DNA from: Candidatus Nanosyncoccus sp.
Lineage (GTDB): Bacteria > Patescibacteriota > Saccharimonadia > Saccharimonadales > Saccharimonadaceae
NCBI GenBank assembly: GCA_045597305.1
Contig: JAZLJF010000009.1
Location: 21,891 to 53,890 of the forward strand
Length of the DNA stretch: 32,000 nucleotides
Reading direction: 5' to 3'
The notes beneath the pieces are model-generated. The model saw nothing but the letters and a program-made list of their open reading frames with translations, had not been told where the DNA came from and made no database searches. Of this stretch, positions 8,204 to 14,673 are shown in pieces. The translations under genes and the position numbers were made by a program. Position 1 is the first letter of the stretch; each line of letters begins with the position of its first letter.

Positions 8204-8824
8204 ATGCAAAATCCTTATTGTTACCTGTCAGACGATTGTCGAACTGTTGTCGTTTTCGAGGGGGAAAGAGAAGAACAATACACTGTTGACGAGTTTGTAG
8301 AAATCTATGGTGAGGAATCGTTACCATCTAGCGATTCATTTCGTAGTAAAGTTGTTATAACAGATGAAATTCTTGAAGAGATGTGCAGAGCTGAAGAAGA
8401 TGCTTGTAATAATTATTACGAAATAATGAATGAATTTTTAAATTCGATTGGGTATTATCTTGGTTTCAAAAAACTTGTAGAAAACTATGACGATGCGCCT
8501 GATAAGGAGAGATCTAAATCTGGAGCGATAATTGTCGAAAAATATGGAGTACCAATTAGAAACATTGATCAAGAGTTGCAAAACAAAAGAGAACACTGTT
8601 GGCATTTATTTAGAGAGTTAAATAACGCTGCCGAAGCACTTGGAATTTCGCCAATAGGTGAAAGTGCTATAGGTGATTTGGAAGACACCTCGAGGCGTGA
8701 TTCTGTCAGAAGATCGGCGAAGCGTGCTTGTCTTTCTCATGAATTAGTCTCTTTAGAACAGTTGCTTCAGAGGAGATTATTGCGTGAAAATTCCGCATCT
8801 GAAAGGGGAAAATTGGATGAATAA
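8204..8824 (+). CDS. hypothetical protein, acidic, soluble
   Basis: 206-aa ORF with strong SD (AAGGAAGGGGG) and upstream promoter; no recognised family. Confidence 0.75.
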   Translation: MQNPYCYLSDDCRTVVVFEGEREEQYTVDEFVEIYGEESLPSSDSFRSKVVITDEILEEMCRAEEDACNNYYEIMNEFLNSIGYYLGFKKLVENYDDAPDKERSKSGAIIVEKYGVPIRNIDQELQNKREHCWHLFRELNNAAEALGISPIGESAIGDLEDTSRRDSVRRSAKRACLSHELVSLEQLLQRRLLRENSASERGKLDE

Positions 8825-9290
8825 TAAAACTATATTTTGGATACTTGCAGAACGACTAGAGAATCAAAAATATAAAAAGGTGAAGGACGATTTTGATTTG
8901 GTTCGAGAAAGAGGAAAAAGTAATTATGCTAACTCGAAGATTAAATATTTGTATAATTTCGATATTAATCAGGTACAGGTTGATATTGATATGAGCAAAA
9001 ATTTAATAATCAAAGGAAGAAAAAGATATACTAATGGATTGAGCTATAATATCTCGATACTCGTAATTCTAACGTTGGTAATTATAGCTAGCGTAGTATG
9101 TGTTATTTATCTGCCAGAATATAAACTTCTCGCATGGATTATCTTCTGCGCTTCTTTGATTTGTTCGATACATTTTTTCTTTAGTGTAATATCTATAGAG
9201 AAATATTTCTCGTATTTTTTCACAATGTATTATGAATTAGGAGAAAAAGAAGAACTTTTCAATGAAATGACGAGCGGAAAATTACCTTAG
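8817..9290 (+). CDS. hypothetical membrane protein (two predicted TM segments)
   Basis: ATG at 8817 (ATGAATAA overlaps the upstream stop), SD AAAGGGG. Hydrophobic segments ISILVILTLVIIASVVCVIYL and LLAWIIFCASLICSIHFFF. Tracked start at 8784 is likely too early. Confidence 0.75.
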   Translation: MNNKTIFWILAERLENQKYKKVKDDFDLVRERGKSNYANSKIKYLYNFDINQVQVDIDMSKNLIIKGRKRYTNGLSYNISILVILTLVIIASVVCVIYLPEYKLLAWIIFCASLICSIHFFFSVISIEKYFSYFFTMYYELGEKEELFNEMTSGKLP

Positions 9291-9310
9291 CCTTTGGAGA
9301 TAAGCTCATT

Positions 9311-9336
9311 GCCACCCGTTATCTGGGTGGCTTTTT
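9311..9336 (+). terminator. intrinsic terminator
   Basis: GCCACCC-GTTATCT-GGGTGGC-TTTTT. Confidence 0.9.
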
Positions 9337-9337
9337 C

Positions 9338-9366
9338 TTGCAAAATATTGGAAGACAGTGTATAAT
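9338..9366 (+). promoter_or_regulatory. promoter for rpsP
   Basis: TTGCAA (9338-9343), 17 bp, TATAAT (9361-9366). Confidence 0.65.
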
Positions 9367-9395
9367 ATAAAAGTTATTTAATTTTAAGGAGAAAA

Positions 9396-9770
9396 ATGCT
9401 AGCGATTCGTTTGCAGCGTAATGGCCGAGCACACTACCCTGTGTATCGGATAGTCGTCCAAGAAGCGCAGCGTCACCCTCTTTCGGGACGCATTGTGGCT
9501 GAGGCCGGTTCATATAATCCTCATACCAAGAAAATCGTTCTTGATAAAGAGGTGATTGAAAAATACTTAAAAAATGGTGCGCAGCCTAGCACCCGCGTTA
9601 TTCGCATCTTGAAGGCAGAAAAAATTGCTCTTCCAAAATGGGTGAAAGAAGCATCAAAGAAGACTTCTGTAGCTAAACATGCTGATAAGCTTCGCAAGAA
9701 TCAGCCAAAGGAAGAGGCTCCAGCTGACGCCCCAGCTGATACCGCTGAAGAAAAACCAGCTGAAGGATAA
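9396..9770 (+). CDS. rpsP: 30S ribosomal protein S16 with Ala/Glu/Pro-rich tail
   Basis: MLAIRLQRNGRAHYPVYRIVVQEAQRHPLSGRIVAEAGSYNPHTKK. Confidence 0.97.
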   Translation: MLAIRLQRNGRAHYPVYRIVVQEAQRHPLSGRIVAEAGSYNPHTKKIVLDKEVIEKYLKNGAQPSTRVIRILKAEKIALPKWVKEASKKTSVAKHADKLRKNQPKEEAPADAPADTAEEKPAEG

Positions 9771-9786
9771 TTAGCTGCTTTTACTA

Positions 9787-9815
9787 AAATACCCCTATAG
9801 AGTTGGGGTATTTTT
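9787..9815 (+). terminator. intrinsic terminator after rpsP
   Basis: AAATACCCC...GGGGTATTTTT. Confidence 0.8.
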
Positions 9816-9816
9816 G

Positions 9817-9845
9817 TTTTCAATATTTTTTGCTTGTGGTATAAT
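9817..9845 (+). promoter_or_regulatory. promoter for khpA-like gene
   Basis: TTTTCA, 17 bp, TATAAT (9840-9845) with TGg extended -10. Confidence 0.5.
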
Positions 9846-9877
9846 TAAAGTACTTAACAATTAATTCGGAGAAAGAT

Positions 9878-10333
9878 ATGTCAACTATTGACCAGCAATT
9901 CGTTGAATACATAGTAAAAACACTTGTGAATAATCCTGATAAGGTGGAAGTCGAACGTACGATAGACGAAAAAGGAGTTTTGCTTCAGCTAACTGTTGAC
10001 CCAGAAGATGTCGGACGCGTAATTGGACGACGTGGAGCTACAGCTCAGTCACTTCGTACGTTGCTTCGCGCTCTTGGAACGAAGAATGATGCACATTATA
10101 ATCTTAAGATCACAAATGATGGCGCTGCCCCTCGTCGTGATGCTGACCCGAAGTCTGAGTCTAGCAAAAATGAAGAGCCGGTATCTTCTGATGCGTCAGA
10201 TAATGAATCATCTTCTTCTGATACTTCGTCCGATGAAGATACTTTTGGTGGTAATGATTTTGACGATAGTACTTCAGAACTCGCCGAAAAGACCCGTGCT
10301 GAATTGGCTGATATGGATGATTTGGATATCTAA
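9878..10333 (+). CDS. khpA: KH-domain RNA-binding protein (KhpA/YlqC-like) with long acidic Ser/Asp tail
   Basis: EYIVKTLVNNPDKVEVERTIDEKGVLLQLTVDPEDVGRVIGRRGATAQSLRTLL; canonical rpsP-khpA adjacency. Confidence 0.88.
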   Translation: MSTIDQQFVEYIVKTLVNNPDKVEVERTIDEKGVLLQLTVDPEDVGRVIGRRGATAQSLRTLLRALGTKNDAHYNLKITNDGAAPRRDADPKSESSKNEEPVSSDASDNESSSSDTSSDEDTFGGNDFDDSTSELAEKTRAELADMDDLDI

Positions 10334-10340
10334 TCTACTA

Positions 10341-10369
10341 TTGACAATTTATTCCGTTTGTGCTATAAT
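10341..10369 (+). promoter_or_regulatory. near-consensus sigma70 promoter
   Basis: TTGACA (10341-10346), 17 bp, TATAAT (10364-10369), TGc extended -10. Confidence 0.85.
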
Positions 10370-10375
10370 TAGATA

Positions 10376-10450
10376 GTAGGTTTAAGAGAGCGAATCTCTT
10401 ATAGGCTAAGGACATTAAGAAGACTGTGGAAGTCTCTGATGTCCTTTTTT
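10376..10450 (+). ncRNA. structured leader / candidate small RNA ending in an intrinsic terminator
   Basis: Hairpin TAAGAGA-GCGAA-TCTCTTA (10383-10401); terminator AAGGACAT(10408-10415)...AGACT-GTGGA-AGTCT...ATGTCCTT(10439-10446) then T-run to 10450. Confidence 0.65.
10408..10450 (+). terminator. intrinsic terminator immediately upstream of the 10467 ORF
   Basis: 8-bp outer plus 5-bp inner stem with U-run, about 6 nt before the GGAGG SD. Confidence 0.75.
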
Positions 10451-10466
10451 GTTATGGAGGGATTAT

Positions 10467-10856
10467 ATGATGACAAGGGGAAAAAGGATTGAAGAAATTA
10501 TCGATGAAATGTATCTTGATTGCGAAGATGACGAAATAAGTAATGTCGATGCGCTCAGAATGATTGTGTATTTTCAGGATGATTGGGAGTACCGAATTAA
10601 CTTATTCGAGCCATTAAGGGCGAAAGCAATTTTAGACTCCAGAGTTGAAAAAAAGGTTTTCGTCTGCAAAGATGGACCTATTTCATGGCATGAAAAGAAT
10701 GAAAATGATAATGACTATTTTTTTACAGAGAGCGGTAGATTTGTCTTGTCGAATCAAGCGCGTGTATTAAAAAAAGTTGTGAACATTTTATCAGATGAAG
10801 CGGTATATATAGTGCTTACTTCAGATGGAAAAAAGACAATTACACTTCCACAGTAG
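10467..10856 (+). CDS. hypothetical protein
   Basis: ATG 10467 with SD GGAGG (10456-10460); 129 aa MMTRGKRIEEIIDEMYLDCEDDE...; followed by a terminator. Tracked TTG start at 10449 lies in the U-run/leader. Confidence 0.75.
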   Translation: MMTRGKRIEEIIDEMYLDCEDDEISNVDALRMIVYFQDDWEYRINLFEPLRAKAILDSRVEKKVFVCKDGPISWHEKNENDNDYFFTESGRFVLSNQARVLKKVVNILSDEAVYIVLTSDGKKTITLPQ

Positions 10857-10874
10857 ATCAATTTAATTTGATCA

Positions 10875-10899
10875 GGCACCCCTCGAGGGTGCCTTTTTT
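10875..10899 (+). terminator. intrinsic terminator
   Basis: GGCACCC-CTCGA-GGGTGCC-TTTTTT. Confidence 0.95.
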
Positions 10900-10911
10900 C
10901 TGTGTTTCATA

Positions 10912-11030
10912 ATCAAAAAACCACCGTCTCCCAAAGGTGGTTATTTGACAGATAAGCTCTCAACTTATGCGTGTAAGCTGACTCGCAGTTAGCTTATGTT
11001 CAACAAAATCTAGCAAATAATGTTTGAACT
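10912..11030 (-). ncRNA. candidate ~115-120 nt small RNA on the minus strand
   Basis: Minus-strand promoter TTGACA(11065-11060)-17 bp-TAGAAT(11042-11037); internal stems GUUCAA/UUGAAC, UAAGCU/AGCUUA, AUAAG/CUUAU; intrinsic terminator AACCACC-n10-GGTGGTT-TTTT (10942-10915). Confidence 0.6.
10915..10942 (-). terminator. minus-strand intrinsic terminator
   Basis: Minus strand AACCACCTTTGGGAGACGGTGGTTTTTTG. Confidence 0.75.
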
Positions 11031-11036
11031 ATTTCT

Positions 11037-11065
11037 ATTCTAATAGTTTATAAAGCTTATGTCAA
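11037..11065 (-). promoter_or_regulatory. minus-strand promoter for candidate sRNA
   Basis: TTGACA-17-TAGAAT. Confidence 0.6.
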
Positions 11066-11114
11066 GATTAAAATTTCATAGTTTTCCACAATTATATAAA
11101 ATTGATTTAAAACC

Positions 11115-11143
11115 TTGAAAAAAATTGCAAAATAAGCTAAAAT
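11115..11143 (+). promoter_or_regulatory. promoter for rpoBC
   Basis: TTGAAA (11115-11120), 17 bp, TAAAAT (11138-11143). Confidence 0.65.
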
Positions 11144-11177
11144 GGATGACAAGAAGTAGTGTGTCAAGTTTTTTATG

Positions 11178-11240
11178 TACTCCTAGAAATGGCGACTCTA
11201 GAGTATAGGCTATGGCAGTAATCTTCGGCGCTAAAGATTA
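11178..11240 (+). other. structured 5' leader of rpoB
   Basis: Stem TACTC[C]TAGA / TCTAGAGTA (11178-11205, one bulge) and stem TAATCTT / AAGATTA (11219-11240). Confidence 0.55.
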
Positions 11241-11264
11241 TCAACACTAATAAAAGAGGTAAAT

Positions 11265-14200
11265 GTGAAAACTGCGAACAACAGTGGTTCCCGTGTATTC
11301 TTTACAGAGGGTGACCAGGCACTTCCTATCCCTGATTTGATCACACATCAGAAGGATTCATGGGAAGATTTTGTCAAATCCGGCCTTCGCGAGGTCTTCA
11401 ACGAGTTGAACCCGATTGACGACTATACAGGCCAAAAACTATCTTTAAGATTCAAGGATTATCGTTTCGATGCTCCAAAGGAATCAGAGCAAGATGCAAA
11501 ATATAATCTTGCAACTTATGAAGCTCCACTTCATGTATTAGTCGAGCTTGAAAATAAGGTGACAGGCGTTAAGAAAGAGCAAGATATTTTCTTCGGAAAT
11601 TATCCTTGGATGACAGATCGTGCAACTTTTGTAATTAATGGTACAGAACGTGTCATCGTCTCTCAGCTAATTCGCTCAGCAGGTGTATTTTTCACTGCAG
11701 ATGCTGTTGGCGGACGTAATTACTATGGTGCTAAGGTCATTCCTGGTCGTGGCGCTTGGCTTGAATTCGAAACATCGACATCTGGTGCGATTTATGTGAA
11801 GATCGACCGTCGTCGAAAAATTCCTGTTACAACTTTCTTGCGTGCACTCGGCATTTCAAAGAAAAATGAGATCAAGGAAGCATTTAAAGGTCTTGATGAA
11901 GGTGAAATCTCTTATATTGACGCAACATTGGAGAAAGATACTACATCTGGACGTAGTGAGGCTTTGATCGAAGTATATCGAAAACTTCGTCCTGGCGATT
12001 TAGCAACAGTCGAAAACGCAAAATCAATGATCGACCGAACATTCTTCGATTATAAGAGATATGACTATTCAAATGTTGGTCGTTTCAAGATCAATCAAAG
12101 ACTTGGTTTTGATACTCCAAATACTAGCCAGTATCGCACTCTTCAGATGAAGGATTTGATCGCTATCATCGCCGAGATCATTCGTTTGAATAATACTCAA
12201 GATGCGCCTGATGACATTGATTCACTTTCGAATCGTCGCATCAAGCTAGTCGGCGAGCTCGTACAACGACAATTCCGTCTTGGTATGCTTCGTTTACAGC
12301 GTAACATCCTTGACCGCATGTCGATGGCTAGCCCTGAAGATGTCACTCCTTCACAACTAATTAACGCTCGTCCAGTTACTGCAGCAGTAAAGGAATTCTT
12401 TACTTCTTCCCAGCTTTCGCAATTGATGGATGAAACGAATCCATTCTCCGAGCTTGCACACAAGCGCCGCTTAAGCTCTATGGGTCCTGGTGGTTTGACG
12501 CGTGAACGCGCCGGTTTCGACGTACGTGATACACATCCGACACATTATGGACGTATCTGTACAGTCGAGACGCCAGAAGGTGCGAACGTTGGTCTTGTTC
12601 TAAACCTCGCGACATATGCTCATATTAATGAATACGGTTTTATTGAAGCGCCATACCGTGTTGTTAAAGATGGAAAAGTTACAGACGAAGTAGTTTATGT
12701 TGATGCTGCGGAAGAACAGAACATGATTATTGCTGATACGTCAGCAAAGCTTGATAAGAATGGAAAATTCATCGATGCACGTGTGTCCGCTCGTGTTAAG
12801 GGTGCGCCAACCCAAGTTGAATCAAGTAAAGTAACACATATCGATGCAGCTCACAAAGAAATTCTAGGTGTATCAGCATCACTTATTCCATTCGTTGAGA
12901 AGAACCGTGTCGACCGTTCTCTTATGGCCTGCGCCATGCAGAAACAGGCAGTACCTCTTCTTCGTCAAGATAACCCTATTGTGGGTACTGGTATCGAGGC
13001 CGAGGTAGCAAAGAATACTTCACAGCTTATCGTTGCAGAAGCCGCAGGCGAAGTCACAAAAGCTGATGGTGAATCTGTTGTTGTTGAATACAAAGATGGA
13101 CCAAAAGAATATAAGCTAATCCACTTTGAAAAGACTAATGACGACCGTTGTTATAACCAGCGCGTAAAGGTAAGCCGTGGCCAGAAAGTTAAGAAAGGCG
13201 ATACGCTTATTGAAGGTGCATCTGTCAATGATAGCGAGCTTGCACTTGGTCGTGACCTCTTAGTCGCATTCATGCCATGGCGTGGTTACAACATGGATGA
13301 TGCTATCGTTATTTCAAGTCGCTTAGTCCAAGATGATACATTGACATCAATTAATATTAAGGATTACGATGTTGAAGTCCGTGAAACAAAACTCGGTCCA
13401 GAACAAGTCACTCGCGATATTCCTAATGTATCCGAGCATTCACTTCGTCACTTGGGCGACGATGGTATCGTAGTAGTAGGTTCTGAGGTTCAGAATGGTG
13501 ATATTCTTGTTGGTAAAATTACTCCTAAGGGAGAACAGGAATTGAGTTCTGAGGAACGCTTGCTTCGTGCCATCTTTGGTGAAAAAGCTAAAGATGTCAG
13601 AGATACTTCTGTACGCATGAATGGCTCATCGACTGGTAAGGTCGTCGGTGTTCGTGTGTATACTCGTGAACAAGGTCACGATCTTAAAGCCGGTGTATTG
13701 ATGCAGATCAAGATTTATGTTGCAGAAATGCGTAAAATTGGTGTCGGTGATAAGCTTTCAGGTCGTCATGGTAATAAAGGTGTCGTTTCTCGAGTTCTCC
13801 CTGTGGAAGATATGCCATTCATGGAAGATGGTACTCCAATCGATGTAATTCTATCACCGATGGGTGTTCCATCACGTATGAACCTAGGACAGCTTTTCGA
13901 AGTTCACTTAGGTATGGCAGCTAGAGCACTTGGATATAAGGTTGCTACGCCTTCATTTAATGGTGTTCCTGATGAAGTAATTAGTGACGAGCTAGAAAAA
14001 GCTGGTTTCAATCGCGATGGTCGTGTCCAGTTGTTCGATGGTCTCACTGGTGAGCCATTTGAAGAGCGTACTTCTGTCGGCGTGATGCACATGCTCAAGC
14101 TCCATCACATGGTTGATGATAAGATTCATGCACGTTCGACTGGTCCATACACAATGGTCACACAGCAGCCGCTTGGAGGTAAAGCTCAGAACGGTGGTCA

Positions 14201-14672
14201 GCGCTTTGGAGAAATGGAAGTTTGGGCACTCGAGGCTTACGGTGCAGCTACAATTCTTCAAGAGATGCTTACTATTAAGTCAGATGACGTTTACGGACGT
14301 GCGAAAGCATACGAGTCAATCATTAAGCGTTTGCCGATTGAAGGTCCAAAGCTTCCAGAAGGCTTCAACGTTCTTGTAAAAGAGCTTCAAGGCCTTGGCT
14401 TGAAAGTTGATTTGCTTGATCATGGTGAATCTACTGATGCGTCTGATGTCATCGAGAAAACATCTCGCGAAATTGAAAAGTCGCAAGATGACAGATTAAT
14501 ATATGAAGAACATAAGAAAGCGACCGAAAATGATCTCGACAATATATCAGATGATGATGTCATCGATGTCGCGGATGATGAAGGTATACTAATAACAGAT
14601 GAGGATGGTGAAGAAATCGTCGGCGAAGATGAGGAAGACGATAGTATTACTGACCTCGGAGAGGAGTTCTAA
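11265..14672 (+). CDS. rpoB: RNA polymerase subunit beta
   Basis: SSQLSQLMDETNPFSELAHKRRLSSMGPGGLTRERAGFDVRD, GVPSRMNLGQLFEVHLG, KIHARSTGPYTMVTQQPLGGKAQNGGQRFGEMEVWALEAYGA; GTG start. Confidence 0.99.
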   Translation: MKTANNSGSRVFFTEGDQALPIPDLITHQKDSWEDFVKSGLREVFNELNPIDDYTGQKLSLRFKDYRFDAPKESEQDAKYNLATYEAPLHVLVELENKVTGVKKEQDIFFGNYPWMTDRATFVINGTERVIVSQLIRSAGVFFTADAVGGRNYYGAKVIPGRGAWLEFETSTSGAIYVKIDRRRKIPVTTFLRALGISKKNEIKEAFKGLDEGEISYIDATLEKDTTSGRSEALIEVYRKLRPGDLATVENAKSMIDRTFFDYKRYDYSNVGRFKINQRLGFDTPNTSQYRTLQMKDLIAIIAEIIRLNNTQDAPDDIDSLSNRRIKLVGELVQRQFRLGMLRLQRNILDRMSMASPEDVTPSQLINARPVTAAVKEFFTSSQLSQLMDETNPFSELAHKRRLSSMGPGGLTRERAGFDVRDTHPTHYGRICTVETPEGANVGLVLNLATYAHINEYGFIEAPYRVVKDGKVTDEVVYVDAAEEQNMIIADTSAKLDKNGKFIDARVSARVKGAPTQVESSKVTHIDAAHKEILGVSASLIPFVEKNRVDRSLMACAMQKQAVPLLRQDNPIVGTGIEAEVAKNTSQLIVAEAAGEVTKADGESVVVEYKDGPKEYKLIHFEKTNDDRCYNQRVKVSRGQKVKKGDTLIEGASVNDSELALGRDLLVAFMPWRGYNMDDAIVISSRLVQDDTLTSINIKDYDVEVRETKLGPEQVTRDIPNVSEHSLRHLGDDGIVVVGSEVQNGDILVGKITPKGEQELSSEERLLRAIFGEKAKDVRDTSVRMNGSSTGKVVGVRVYTREQGHDLKAGVLMQIKIYVAEMRKIGVGDKLSGRHGNKGVVSRVLPVEDMPFMEDGTPIDVILSPMGVPSRMNLGQLFEVHLGMAARALGYKVATPSFNGVPDEVISDELEKAGFNRDGRVQLFDGLTGEPFEERTSVGVMHMLKLHHMVDDKIHARSTGPYTMVTQQPLGGKAQNGGQRFGEMEVWALEAYGAATILQEMLTIKSDDVYGRAKAYESIIKRLPIEGPKLPEGFNVLVKELQGLGLKVDLLDHGESTDASDVIEKTSREIEKSQDDRLIYEEHKKATENDLDNISDDDVIDVADDEGILITDEDGEEIVGEDEEDDSITDLGEEF

Positions 14673-14673
14673 T

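Noticed and set aside
10023-10376. 117-aa ORF in another frame of khpA
   Set aside because: Leu/Met-rich product of an acidic GAT/GAA-rich sequence read out of frame; overlaps the strong promoter at 10341.
10912-11030. Minus-strand RNA as SRP (4.5S), 6S, tmRNA or RNase P RNA
   Set aside because: It lacks the SRP GGAA/AGCAG core, is too short for 6S, tmRNA or RNase P, and shows several small local stems rather than those architectures.
14599-14673. Upstream start of rpoC inside rpoB
   Set aside because: The extra 25 residues are not RpoC-like; ATG 14674 (MPWDDNFIAATDFDSIRL) immediately after the rpoB stop with GAGGAG upstream is the better start.
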